Positions 48,376-60,675 of a stretch of 64,000 nucleotides of DNA are shown one piece after another. The notes under the pieces are model-generated. The model was not told the origin of the DNA. It did no database searches and saw nothing but the letters and a program-made list of their open reading frames with translations. The position numbers and the translations under genes were made by a program. The number at the start of each line of letters is the position of its first letter. Position 1 is the stretch's first letter. The DNA is from Micavibrio sp. TMED2 (lineage in GTDB: Bacteria; Pseudomonadota; Alphaproteobacteria; TMED2), in contig NHBH01000001.1 of the NCBI GenBank assembly GCA_002168225.1, positions 1,126,370-1,190,369 of the forward strand. Reading direction: 5' to 3'.

Positions 48376-50259
48376 ATGTCTGAGGCGATGATGTCCAAAC
48401 GGACCACCGCCGGTGCGATGACCACGGCTCAGGTGAAGCCGGGCAAGCCCGCGAACACGGATCCAAAACACGGCAACAAGAAGCGGGCAAAGGATGCGCC
48501 TGCTGAAGTCATGAGCGGTGCGGAACTGGTCCTTCGGGCTTTGGTCGATCAGGGCGTTGATACAATTTTCGGGTACCCGGGCGGGGCGGTACTACCGATC
48601 TATGATGCACTCTTCAAACAGAACCACATCCGGCACATCCTTGTGCGCCATGAGCAGGCGGCGGTCCATGCGGCCGAGGGCTATGCCCGGTCCACCGGCA
48701 AGGTCGGCTGCGTTCTGGTTACCTCCGGTCCCGGTGCCACCAATGCGGTGACCGGTCTGACCGATGCCATGATGGACAGCATTCCGCTAGTCTGCCTGAC
48801 CGGTCAGGTGCCAACCCATCTGATCGGCAATGACGCGTTCCAGGAGTGCGATACCACCGGCATTACCCGCCCCTGTACCAAGCATAATTATCTGGTCAAG
48901 GACCCAAATGATCTTGCCCGGACCATGCATGAGGCGTTCTACGTTGCCCGCACCGGTCGTCCCGGCCCGGTCGTGGTTGATCTGCCGAAGGATGTGCAGT
49001 TCGCCGATGGCGAGTATGTCTCCCCGGAAGAGATCGTCCACCGTACCTACCAGCCGAGCTATGAGCCGGAAGACAAGCGGATCGAAAAAGCCGTTGAGAT
49101 GATCGCCAAGGCCAAGCGCCCGATCTTCTATACCGGTGGTGGTGTCATCAATTCCGGTCCGCGGGCTTCGGCGCTGCTGACTGAATTCGTCAAGATGACC
49201 GGCTATCCCTGCACCTCGACCCTGATGGGACTGGGCGGGTATCCAATGACCGATCGCCAGCATCTGGGCATGCTCGGCATGCACGGTACCTACGAGGCGA
49301 ACCTCGCGATGTATCATTGCGATGTCATGGTCAATATCGGTGCCCGTTTCGATGACCGCGTGACTGGCAAGACCTCCGAGTTCTCACCCGGTTCAAAGAA
49401 AATCCATGTGGACATCGATCCGAGCTCGATCAACAAGACGATCAATGTCGATCTGCCGATCATCGGCGACTGCGAGCGCGTGCTGGAGGCGATGATCCGT
49501 GTCTGGCGCAAGCGCGGCTACAAGGCCGATCCGGACCGGACCGCCAAATGGTGGAAACAGATCCAGAAATGGCGTGAGGTCGATTGCCTGAAATACAAGC
49601 AAGAAGGCGAGATCATCAAACCGCAATATGCGATTCAGCGACTGGTCGAGAAGACCAATCACCACGGTCATCGCATTGTTTCCACCGAGGTTGGCCAGCA
49701 TCAGATGTGGGCCGCCCAGTTCATCCCGTTTGACAAACCGAACCGCTGGCTGACATCCGGTGGCCTCGGTACCATGGGCTATGGCCTGCCGGCCGCCATG
49801 GGTGCCCAGATTGCCCATCCTGATGCGCTCTGCATTGATGTTGCCGGTGAGGCCTCGATCCTGATGAATATTCAGGAACTGGGCACGCTGGCGCAGTACA
49901 AGCTGCCGGTGAAAGTGTTCATCCTGAACAACGAATATATGGGCATGGTGCGCCAGTGGCAGGAGCTGCTCCACGGTTCCCGCTATTCCAGCAGCTATTC
50001 CGAGGCGCTGCCTGACTTCGTCAAGCTGGCCGAGAGCTTCCACTGTGTCGGCCTACGGGCGACCAAGGCGGATGAGCTTGATGGCGTCATTGACGAGATG
50101 CTGGCTGTTGACCGTCCGGTCATTGCCGATATCTGCGTCGACAAGGCGGAGAACTGCTTCCCGATGATCCCGGGCGGTGCCGCGCATAACGAGATTCTGC
50201 TCGGACCGAATGATCGCCAGACGCCGGAGAAATTCGAGGAAGGCATGGTGCTGGTCTAA
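48376..50259 (+). CDS. ilvI: acetolactate synthase large subunit
   Basis: TPP enzyme (GGAVLPIYDAL..., GLGTMGYGLPAAMGAQ); start at ATG 48376 with GAGGAG upstream; ATG 48511 is an alternative. Confidence 0.85.
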   Translation: MSEAMMSKRTTAGAMTTAQVKPGKPANTDPKHGNKKRAKDAPAEVMSGAELVLRALVDQGVDTIFGYPGGAVLPIYDALFKQNHIRHILVRHEQAAVHAAEGYARSTGKVGCVLVTSGPGATNAVTGLTDAMMDSIPLVCLTGQVPTHLIGNDAFQECDTTGITRPCTKHNYLVKDPNDLARTMHEAFYVARTGRPGPVVVDLPKDVQFADGEYVSPEEIVHRTYQPSYEPEDKRIEKAVEMIAKAKRPIFYTGGGVINSGPRASALLTEFVKMTGYPCTSTLMGLGGYPMTDRQHLGMLGMHGTYEANLAMYHCDVMVNIGARFDDRVTGKTSEFSPGSKKIHVDIDPSSINKTINVDLPIIGDCERVLEAMIRVWRKRGYKADPDRTAKWWKQIQKWREVDCLKYKQEGEIIKPQYAIQRLVEKTNHHGHRIVSTEVGQHQMWAAQFIPFDKPNRWLTSGGLGTMGYGLPAAMGAQIAHPDALCIDVAGEASILMNIQELGTLAQYKLPVKVFILNNEYMGMVRQWQELLHGSRYSSSYSEALPDFVKLAESFHCVGLRATKADELDGVIDEMLAVDRPVIADICVDKAENCFPMIPGGAAHNEILLGPNDRQTPEKFEEGMVLV

Positions 50260-50442
50260 AACCGGCGCTTTGCCTGCCTGAAACAGTTGCGGCGGGGGTG
50301 TGTTTCCGCGTAAACCCCTGTCGCAACCTTCGTTCTTTTCCAAACGGGTAATTGCCAGTTTTCTCTTGGACCACATCGCGCAGCAACCCCGCGCTTTGAC
50401 CCGGTCAGGTGACTATCCCGTCTTCCCCGAAGTGAAAATGCC

Positions 50443-50958
50443 ATGAGTAAAGAAGATCCAGCGCTCGAGCGCCATACGCTTGCGGTTGTCGTCGATAACG
50501 AACCCGGTGTTCTGGCGCGTGTCATCGGCCTGTTCTCCGGGCGCGGCTACAACATCGAAAGCCTGACCGTTGCCGAGGTCGACCACAAGAAGGCGCTCAG
50601 CCGTATTACTGTGGTTACCATCGGTACCCCCATGGTGATCGAGCAGATCAAGGCACAGCTTGAGCGTCTGGTGCCGGTGCACCGGGTCTCTGACCTGACC
50701 GAGGAAGGCAATTTCGTCGAGCGTGAGCTTTGCCTGATCAAGGTTGCCGGCAAGGGCAATGACCGGATCGAGGCACTTCGTATCGCCGACATCTTCCGGG
50801 CCAATGTGGTTGACAGCACCCATGAGAGCTTCGCTTTCGAGATCACCGGCAAGGCGGACAAGATCGATGCCTTTCTGGAACTCATGCGTCCGCTCGGCAT
50901 GGTCGATGTCTCCCGCACCGGGTCGGTTGCCATGTCTCGCGGCAAGCACGGCTTCTAG
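50443..50958 (+). CDS. ilvH: acetolactate synthase small (regulatory) subunit
   Basis: ACT domain HTLAVVVDNEPGVLARVIGLFSGRGYNIESL. Confidence 0.85.
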   Translation: MSKEDPALERHTLAVVVDNEPGVLARVIGLFSGRGYNIESLTVAEVDHKKALSRITVVTIGTPMVIEQIKAQLERLVPVHRVSDLTEEGNFVERELCLIKVAGKGNDRIEALRIADIFRANVVDSTHESFAFEITGKADKIDAFLELMRPLGMVDVSRTGSVAMSRGKHGF

Positions 50959-50990
50959 GTCGCCACCAGTTTTCTCTCCAATTCAGTTAA

Positions 50991-52043
<1,053 letters not shown>

Positions 52044-52063
52044 GTAATACTATAATTATAGCA

Positions 52064-52100
52064 AAAAGCACTGGTGCCTAACGGCCCAGTGCTTTTTTTT
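52064..52100 (+). terminator. rho-independent terminator of ilv operon
   Basis: AAAAAGCACTGG...CCAGTGCTTTTTTTT stem-loop with 8-T tail. Confidence 0.75.
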
Positions 52101-52119
52101 AACGGGTGTTCTTTAGGCT

Positions 52120-52749
52120 ATGAATGATCGCGACTATCAACAAGATTCTGATGCAACATTAGATGTTGCGAAAAAAGCTCTTGAGGCTCTGGAGCGACAA
52201 CAGTCAGGCGATACAGATAAGCCAGGAAGGGCGGCTCTTTATAAAATTTTTATCGGAAAAGATTTTGAAAAATATAAAAATACGTATTTGAGTTTTTATA
52301 AGAAAAAAAAGAAAATAGTGCTTAGCTTTTGTTTTCTTCCTCTTTTATCTCCATTCGTTTGGTTTGTGTATAGAAAGCTTTATCTATATTCAGCGTTATA
52401 TGGATCAATAACGATGTTTATTGTATTTGGATCAATAATGCTCAAAATCAGAGGGTTATGGGATATTTTGCCTTTGTGGTTTCTTTTGCGGTTTTTTTTC
52501 TGTGGCTTTGGCAGGTTCTTTGTTCTCTTAAGATTCAAGGGCCTGTATGAAAATTTTGTCAATGAGCGGATCGATGCCAAAAAATACTTTAAAGATATTG
52601 GCGGAGTGAACATTTGGGGCGCCAGATTGGCTGCTATTATTGTTATTGCAATCTTGGGTGTTTTATCGGTTCCATTCGTTTATTTATACTTTCATTTCTG
52701 CACTATTCCTGGAGTTCAGTGCGGCATAAGTCTGAAGCTCAGTTTTTAG
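52120..52749 (+). CDS. DUF2628-like membrane protein in AT-rich insertion
   Basis: YKKKKKIVLSF...FVWFVYRKLYLY resembles DUF2628 core; region markedly AT-rich compared with flanks. Confidence 0.45.
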   Translation: MNDRDYQQDSDATLDVAKKALEALERQQSGDTDKPGRAALYKIFIGKDFEKYKNTYLSFYKKKKKIVLSFCFLPLLSPFVWFVYRKLYLYSALYGSITMFIVFGSIMLKIRGLWDILPLWFLLRFFFCGFGRFFVLLRFKGLYENFVNERIDAKKYFKDIGGVNIWGARLAAIIVIAILGVLSVPFVYLYFHFCTIPGVQCGISLKLSF

Positions 52750-52751
52750 GC

Positions 52752-53720
52752 TTATTGCGTGCCGACCGGGCCGTAGAGCGGGGTCGGGGCCTGGCTTGCG
52801 CGGGCGGCCTGTGCTGCCGGGGTATGGTTGAGTTCGCCATATTTGGCGACGCTGGCGCGGCTGGTTGATGGCGGTGCACTTTCCAGCGGTACCGCATGGA
52901 CATCGGCCCGGCCCGGTGGAATGGCGACGCGCATCCCATCCTGTGTCGAAACGAAGTGGCCGCGATCGGTCGGGATGCGATTGCCTGGTGCGTTGCGTAC
53001 CGGGCCGACGGATCCGGGTGCACCGACTGCCGGACGGGATGGTGGCAGGGATGAGACCTGTGCCGCATCAAGTGCCTTCTGGATCGGACCGGCACTAGCG
53101 GGCGCTTGCCCTTGTTGTGGAGCGGCGGCCATTTCATTCATTCTGACACCGCCCGGTGCCTTCATGCGCTGTGCGCCCGGGGCTGCGGAGGCAGCTGCCG
53201 GTGCGGCAGAGACCTGCGGCTGCATCTGATGGGCTTGCGCGGTGGCGGCCGGTGCCGGGCTGACCGGCATCGGGTTCATGGAAACCGGATTGGCGGGCTG
53301 GATGCCATCGGCCACCGGCTCACCGAAATTCGGCATCTCGCAGGGGAAGGCCCGTTGCAGCGCCAGCGACAGGAAGACCGGTGCCGGTTCATCCAGTGCT
53401 GCCGGTTCACGGAAGGCGAGGCGGGTCAGGGCGGAGGCGGCGGTCTGGGCAGAAACCCGTGCCCGTGGCGGACAGAATTCCGGCTCGCGGCCATTCACCT
53501 GATCCTGCAATACCCGGTCGAGGAAGCCACGGAGATAGGCAGAGCACTGTGCCAGATCCAGCTCCGGTTGTTCGGCGCGCGCCTGACACAGCAGCAGCAG
53601 CTCGCGCGCTCCCGTCGCCTGCGTCTGGGCGGCGGCATCGGTGCTTGGGGCGACAACAGTGAGCGCGGCGGCAGTAGCGGCAGCGATCATCACGGGGCGA
53701 AATATATATGTCATGCTCAT
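52752..53720 (-). CDS. secreted Ala/Pro-rich hypothetical protein
   Basis: Signal peptide MSMTYIFRPVMIAAATAAALTVVAPS, low-complexity Ala/Pro/Gln-rich C-terminal half. Confidence 0.4.
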   Translation of the reverse strand: MSMTYIFRPVMIAAATAAALTVVAPSTDAAAQTQATGARELLLLCQARAEQPELDLAQCSAYLRGFLDRVLQDQVNGREPEFCPPRARVSAQTAASALTRLAFREPAALDEPAPVFLSLALQRAFPCEMPNFGEPVADGIQPANPVSMNPMPVSPAPAATAQAHQMQPQVSAAPAAASAAPGAQRMKAPGGVRMNEMAAAPQQGQAPASAGPIQKALDAAQVSSLPPSRPAVGAPGSVGPVRNAPGNRIPTDRGHFVSTQDGMRVAIPPGRADVHAVPLESAPPSTSRASVAKYGELNHTPAAQAARASQAPTPLYGPVGTQ

Positions 53721-53841
53721 CATGCCAACAGCATGCCAGAGGGGATAAAGGCAGGCAGCAAGATTATCGTGCACGAAAGCGTGAAGGGCGGTCGCTATGT
53801 GGACGACTCGCAAACGACTCGGATCAGGTCGAGAAATGACC

Positions 53842-55527
53842 TTATTGCTGCTCGCGCAACTCGTGCAGGAAGGCTTCGGTTTCGGCTTTCAGGCCTTCTG
53901 CGTCGATCGCGAGTCGGCTTGCCGCACTGTTCAGATCATTGGCAGATTGCGAAGTCTCGTTGATCCCCTGGATCACGCCATCAACGTGGTTGGTGACATC
54001 GGTGGTGCTTGATGACGCCTCATGGGCGGAACGGGCAATCTCGACCGTGGAGGCACCCTGTTCCTCAACCGCGGCGGCAATACCGGTCGCGATATCATCG
54101 ATCTGGGTGATGATCTGGGCGATCTTCTCGTTCGCCTTGACCGCATTCAGGGTCGCTTCCTGAATCGCGGTTATCTGGGTGGTGATCTCTTCCGTTGCCT
54201 GTGCGGTCTGACCGGCGAGTGATTTCACCTCGGAGGCAACAACGGCGAAGCCTTTGCCTGCCTCACCGGCGCGTGCGGCCTCAATGGTGGCATTGAGGGC
54301 GAGCAGGTTGGTCTGTTCGGCAATGGCGCTGATCAGGGCAGCAACTTCACCGATCTTGGTAACGGCGGTGCGCAGGCTCTCAATGGTGACGCTGTTGGCC
54401 TCGGATTCGGCAACTGCCTGTTTGGTGATCGTGGTCGCTTGACTGACCTGACGGGTGATCTCGCTGATCGAGCTGGACAGCTCTTCCGCCGCAGCGGCAA
54501 CCGTCTGTACGTTGGAGGCTGCGGCATTGGCAGATTCAGCCACGGAGTTGATTTGTTCATGGCTGCGTGAGGCAGATTGCGCCATGGTGTCGGCGGTGGC
54601 CTGCAATTCGGTACTGGCATCGGAGACACCGAGCAGGACATGGCGGGCTCGGCCATCAAACTCATCCGCCAGCGCAATGATTTGATCTGAACGTTGTCTG
54701 ACTTCCTGTTGGTCCTGTTCGCGCTGTTGCTGCAGCAACTCGCGTCCGCGCTGGGCTTCATGGAACCCGGCAAGGGTTCGAGCCATCGCACCGATCTCGT
54801 CCTGCAGTTCCATATGAGGTATATTCTCGGTGATCTGGCCGAATGCCAACTGGTCCATGACCTGCCGCAGATCGGCCAGCGGATCGAGCAGGCGCTTGAT
54901 GATGTAGGACGCCAGAAAGGCAATCAGGACCGTCACCAGAATGCCGATAACGATAATATTCTTGATGATCTGGTCGCCATCCTCGCCATAGGCGGAATAG
55001 GGCGTGCTGATCATGATGGCGCCGACTGGAATGCCGGTGGCATTTCTGATTGGCTCAATGCCAATGAATTGCCGTTCACCGAAGGCAATGGCCTGGGTGT
55101 AGATCGGCTTGCCACCACCTACCGCCGGGTCGAGAACGGTCTGCCCATATTCACCGACCAGCCGCGGATAGAAACGGTCGTTCAGGCCGGTAGGTATATC
55201 GACGGTGGTGAGATAGATTTCCGAGCCCTGATAAACCGTGATCTCGACTTCATTGACCAGCGAACTGATCTGTTCGAGCATATCGGTGTCGACGGCAAAC
55301 GATCCGCGCCGCAGCACGCCATTGTCCAGCTCAAACGGTTCCGCACTGATGCTGTTGAAATAGTTGAAAATGATGGCCATGTAACTGGCCTGCCGACCGA
55401 CCGCGTTATTCTCGAGAATAAACCGTACCTGCAGCGCAGCAGGTGCAATCAATGCCGCCGCCAAAGCGATCAGGCAGACCATCGTGAACAGAGTAATGCG
55501 GGCGGAGAGGCTGAGTGATTTAATCAT
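53842..55527 (-). CDS. methyl-accepting chemotaxis protein
   Basis: N-terminal TM/sensor region, HAMP, highly conserved MCP signalling domain ([35 protein letters not shown]). Confidence 0.8.
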   Translation of the reverse strand: MIKSLSLSARITLFTMVCLIALAAALIAPAALQVRFILENNAVGRQASYMAIIFNYFNSISAEPFELDNGVLRRGSFAVDTDMLEQISSLVNEVEITVYQGSEIYLTTVDIPTGLNDRFYPRLVGEYGQTVLDPAVGGGKPIYTQAIAFGERQFIGIEPIRNATGIPVGAIMISTPYSAYGEDGDQIIKNIIVIGILVTVLIAFLASYIIKRLLDPLADLRQVMDQLAFGQITENIPHMELQDEIGAMARTLAGFHEAQRGRELLQQQREQDQQEVRQRSDQIIALADEFDGRARHVLLGVSDASTELQATADTMAQSASRSHEQINSVAESANAAASNVQTVAAAAEELSSSISEITRQVSQATTITKQAVAESEANSVTIESLRTAVTKIGEVAALISAIAEQTNLLALNATIEAARAGEAGKGFAVVASEVKSLAGQTAQATEEITTQITAIQEATLNAVKANEKIAQIITQIDDIATGIAAAVEEQGASTVEIARSAHEASSSTTDVTNHVDGVIQGINETSQSANDLNSAASRLAIDAEGLKAETEAFLHELREQQ

Positions 55528-55882
55528 TATGGCCGCGATACGGCTAAAGGTGCGAGACTATGGACAAGGCTGGAAAGAGCGCCCAGCAACTGATGAAACA
55601 ACATGTTTTAATTCCTGCCCATTCTTAGCACGCATGCTTCCGATTTACAGTACTAAGATTTAAGCTTTTTACAGCCTGAGTAACAGGGATAGCAAATATG
55701 CGGCCCATTGTATGTGTGCAAATGTGACGCTGATGGCACGCGGTCTTCGCGGCAATCGGGTAATTTTTCATATTTCGGTCATTGCACTTGGCTATAAATC
55801 GCCATAGTCTTCTCCCTGTAGGCCGTTATTTGAGCGGCTACATCAGACCTACTGATCACAGTTGAATCAGAGTTGAGCTGAA

Positions 55883-55999
55883 ATGAGCATGAAGCGCATT
55901 ACCATCGCAGGAATTGGACCGGCCAATCAGGCCACTGGTCTATCCTCGCTTCTGCTCGACCTTCTTCGACTTAACGGCCCCTGGGCTCGTTTCGGCTGA
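55883..55999 (+). promoter_or_regulatory. candidate leuA leader peptide ORF (Leu-codon run), possible attenuator
   Basis: 38-codon ORF MSMKRITIAGIGPANQATGLSSLLLDLLRLNGPWARFG with 6 Leu in 8 codons, about 185 nt upstream of leuA. Confidence 0.4.
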
Positions 56000-56183
56000 A
56001 TGCATCTGACGAATTTGCAATAATACAGCCAGCGCTCAGGGGATAATTCAAGCGGTGGCGGATCGTGCATCGTCTGTTTACGCTTTTTCCCAGAATTTAA
56101 TGCTATTCCTGCTGGAGGGCAGGCACCGGCTTGGGCTATTACCCGTGACCAGAGCTTGAGCGGTGGAACCGGAGCAACAGAAT

Positions 56184-57752
56184 ATGAGTACGACCAATAA
56201 AGTTGAGCAGTCTGATCGTGAGCAGGTGATCATTTTCGATACCACCCTGCGTGATGGTGAACAGTCACCCGGCTGCTCCATGAACCTCGCTGAAAAACTG
56301 CGGGTTGCCGCCCAACTCGAAGCCATGGGCGTCGATGTGATCGAGGCCGGGTTTCCGGCTGCATCGAATGGTGATTTCGAAGCCGTCCAGCGCATTGCCG
56401 AGCAGGCGAAGAAGGCCCGTATCACCGGGCTGTCGCGGGCGAGTGAGAAAGACATCACCCGTGCCGCCGAGGCGGTAAAACCGGCCCCGCTCAACCGCAT
56501 TCACACCTTTATCTCCACCTCGCCGCTGCATATGGAGCACAAGCTGCGCATGACGCCGGAGCAGGTGCTGGAGCGGGTCGAGAACAGCGTTAGCCTGGCA
56601 CGCAATCTGGTCGAGGATGTGGAGTGGTCCGCCGAGGACGGCACCCGTACTGATCATGATTTCCTGTGCCGCTGTGTCGAGACGGCGATCAAATGTGGTG
56701 CCCGTACGATCAATATCCCGGATACCGTCGGCTATACCGTGCCGGAGGAATATTACGCTCTGATCAAGATGCTGTTTGACCGGGTGCCGAATATCGACAA
56801 GGCGGTGCTGTCTGTTCACTGTCATAATGATCTGGGGCTGGCCGTTGCCAATACCCTGTCCGGTCTGCAGGCCGGTGCCCGTCAGGTCGAGTGCACGATC
56901 AATGGTATCGGCGAACGTGCCGGTAATGCGGCGCTCGAAGAGGTGGTGATGGCGCTCCGCACCCGTGCCGAGCTGTTCAATCTCGACACCAATATCGATT
57001 CTACTCAGATCACCAAGGCATCGCGCCTGATCTCAACCATCACCGGTTTCTCGGTCCAGCCGAACAAGGCAATCGTCGGGGCCAATGCCTTTGCCCATGA
57101 GAGCGGCATCCATCAGGACGGCATGCTCAAACATGCCGGTACCTATGAAATCATGACCCCGGCTTCCGTTGGTCTGACCGAGAGCAATCTGGTGCTCGGC
57201 AAGCATTCCGGTCGCCATGCGTTCCGCGAGAAGCTGGCCGAGCTCGGCTATGAGCTGGGTGACAATGCCCTCAATGATGCTTTCCAGCGGTTCAAGGATC
57301 TGGCCGACCGCAAGAAGGATGTCTATGACGAGGATCTGATTGCGCTGGTCGATGATGAGATGGGCCACGACAACGACTTCCTGCGCTTCAAATCCGTACG
57401 CATTCAGGCCGGCAGCGAAGGCCCGCAGGTCGCCAAGCTGGAACTATTCATTGACGGCGAGGTCAAGGCGGTTGAAACCGAAGGGCAGGGGCCGGTCGAT
57501 GCCTGTTTCCGGGCCATGCGGGCGCTGTTCCCCCATGATGCCGTGCTTGAGCGGTATGAGGTGAAGGCGGTTACCGGCGGCACGGATGCCCAGGCAGAGG
57601 TTGTGGTCAAGCTCACCGAAAACGGCAAATCCGTGCTCGGCTCCGGTGCCGATATTGATACGCTGGTGGCCAGTTGCCGCGCCTATGTCCATGCGCTGAA
57701 CAAGCTGATCGTCAAGCGTCAGCGCAAGGCGCCGGACGCGCTCACCGCCTGA
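56184..57752 (+). CDS. leuA: 2-isopropylmalate synthase
   Basis: IIFDTTLRDGEQSPG, HCHNDLGLAVAN signatures; ATG 56184 with GGAG 9 nt upstream. Confidence 0.85.
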   Translation: MSTTNKVEQSDREQVIIFDTTLRDGEQSPGCSMNLAEKLRVAAQLEAMGVDVIEAGFPAASNGDFEAVQRIAEQAKKARITGLSRASEKDITRAAEAVKPAPLNRIHTFISTSPLHMEHKLRMTPEQVLERVENSVSLARNLVEDVEWSAEDGTRTDHDFLCRCVETAIKCGARTINIPDTVGYTVPEEYYALIKMLFDRVPNIDKAVLSVHCHNDLGLAVANTLSGLQAGARQVECTINGIGERAGNAALEEVVMALRTRAELFNLDTNIDSTQITKASRLISTITGFSVQPNKAIVGANAFAHESGIHQDGMLKHAGTYEIMTPASVGLTESNLVLGKHSGRHAFREKLAELGYELGDNALNDAFQRFKDLADRKKDVYDEDLIALVDDEMGHDNDFLRFKSVRIQAGSEGPQVAKLELFIDGEVKAVETEGQGPVDACFRAMRALFPHDAVLERYEVKAVTGGTDAQAEVVVKLTENGKSVLGSGADIDTLVASCRAYVHALNKLIVKRQRKAPDALTA

Positions 57753-57919
57753 CCGATTCTTGCCAGAAATACCGGCTGATAAACAGTTGACCTGATAATC
57801 AGCCGGTATTCTGCAGACCCATCTGTTCAAGAATTGTGGTTAATCAACAGCTTCTGTGGGTGCCTTTACTTTAACACTGGCAGTCCGGTCCGCTCTGCGC
57901 TGTATTGTGGCTATCGTGA

Positions 57920-59011
<1,092 letters not shown>

Positions 59012-59175
59012 TCACCTCAGGCCCCCGGACAGAGTCTTTCGAGTCACACTGAGACCTTCTGTCCTGGCACCTGATTCATCCGGGGCTGCACTTCCCGGCC
59101 AAGCTGAGGTACACTTCAAGTGTATCGAGCTACTGATTCGTTCTTGAATGACAGAGATAACGGTCACTTAACGAC

Positions 59176-60108
59176 GTGAACAACAAAGCGCCCCGTCCAG
59201 CAACCAGTGTCGTCGCCATAGCGCGCCCGTCCGCCAGCCTGAAATGGGTTGCGCCCTGTTTGCTGTTCTTCGGTCTGGGGCTGATTGTTACCGATCAGAT
59301 CAAGCCGCAACTGACCGATCCCGTCAAAATGGCTGTCGTTGATGCAACGACACCGGTTCTGTCCGCCATTGCCCATCCCGTTGCGAGTGTTGAGAACGCT
59401 GTTTCCGCCGGCAAGGAGTTGCTGTTCCTGCATGAGGAAAATGAGCGTCTGCGTCTGGAAAATGAACGCCTGCGCGCCTGGTATGTGGCAGCACAGCGTT
59501 TGAGCGCTGAGAACCGTGATCTGCGCGAGCTGGTGGATTATGAGGCGGTCTGGCTCAATCCGGAACTCTCCGCACGGGTGGTTGCCGATACCGGCGGTGC
59601 CTTTGCCCGCAGCGTCCTGATCGATCACGGCAGGGACCGTGAGGTTGCCAAGGGCATGCCTGCGGTTACCTCATCCGGCGTTGTCGGTCGGGTGCAGGAT
59701 GTCGGGCATCATTCCGCGCGTATCCTGCTGATGACCGATCTCAACAGCCGCATCCCGGCGATGCTCGAGAAGAATGGCGAGCGTCTGGTGGTGGCTGGTG
59801 ACAACAGTGCCCAGCCACGGGTGCATTATGTGCGTACCGATGTGCCACTCGCGATTGGCGATCAGATCGTCACCAGCGGTGTTGGTGGTATCTTCCCGGC
59901 AGGGTTGCCGCTTGGCACTGTCACCTCGTTGACCCCGGTCACCGGTCGCTCCGAGCTTGAGGCCCGTATCCAGCCGAGCGTCAATCTGTCGAAACTGGCG
60001 ATAGTCAGCCTGCTGCCGACCGCGATTGCCGATGATCCGCTGGCAGAAGAAGCAGTGCCTGATCAGATCGAAGCGGCACCTGCGAGCGAACAGGCAACGG
60101 ATGGGTAA
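59176..60108 (+). CDS. mreC: rod shape-determining protein MreC
   Basis: Position after mreB, N-terminal TM plus coiled-coil (ENERLRLENERLRAW) plus beta domain. Confidence 0.8.
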   Translation: MNNKAPRPATSVVAIARPSASLKWVAPCLLFFGLGLIVTDQIKPQLTDPVKMAVVDATTPVLSAIAHPVASVENAVSAGKELLFLHEENERLRLENERLRAWYVAAQRLSAENRDLRELVDYEAVWLNPELSARVVADTGGAFARSVLIDHGRDREVAKGMPAVTSSGVVGRVQDVGHHSARILLMTDLNSRIPAMLEKNGERLVVAGDNSAQPRVHYVRTDVPLAIGDQIVTSGVGGIFPAGLPLGTVTSLTPVTGRSELEARIQPSVNLSKLAIVSLLPTAIADDPLAEEAVPDQIEAAPASEQATDG

Positions 60109-60634
60109 GTCACTCGCCGCGCATGGATCGGTACAGTTCCTGACGCGACTTGTACCGGCGCTGACCCTGTTTATTGCCATCATTTTCAGCATAAGTCGTA
60201 TTTCCCTGCCGCTGCTGGGCGATACCATGCCGCCCTATATGCTGGCGGTGGTGTTTGTCTGGGCGATTTACCGCCCGGACTGGCTGCCGGTCTGGGGTGT
60301 GTTTGCCGCCGGGCTGGTATTTGATGCGCTGGCCGGTCTGCCGCTCGGGCTGACAGCGGTCCTGCTGGTGGCAGTTTACTGGCCGATCACGATGCAGCGG
60401 CAGATATTCCTGCGCGAACCGTTCCCGTTCCTCTGGCTCAGCTTTGCAGTTGTATTGGTCGTGGTGGAAATGTTGCGCTGGTTGCTGGTGTCGCTGCTCA
60501 CACTTGATGTCGCAGGTTTTGGATTGGTGCTGGCCAATATCGGGCTGGGCTGTGGTATATTTCCGGTGATTGGCTGGATGTTGATCCGGTGCAATCACGT
60601 ACTGACTGGCGCTGAATTGGCGGGCCAGTCCTGA
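60101..60634 (+). CDS. mreD: rod shape-determining protein MreD
   Basis: Polytopic small membrane protein after mreC; start set at ATG 60101 overlapping mreC stop. Confidence 0.65.
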   Translation: MGKSLAAHGSVQFLTRLVPALTLFIAIIFSISRISLPLLGDTMPPYMLAVVFVWAIYRPDWLPVWGVFAAGLVFDALAGLPLGLTAVLLVAVYWPITMQRQIFLREPFPFLWLSFAVVLVVVEMLRWLLVSLLTLDVAGFGLVLANIGLGCGIFPVIGWMLIRCNHVLTGAELAGQS

Positions 60635-60675
60635 CCTGATTAACTGATGAAGTCTGGTGCGAAACCAGGTCCCGG

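Noticed and set aside
53106-53963. 285-aa plus-strand ORF
   Set aside because: Antisense of the secreted Ala/Pro-rich gene and MCP 3' end; Arg/Gly-rich.
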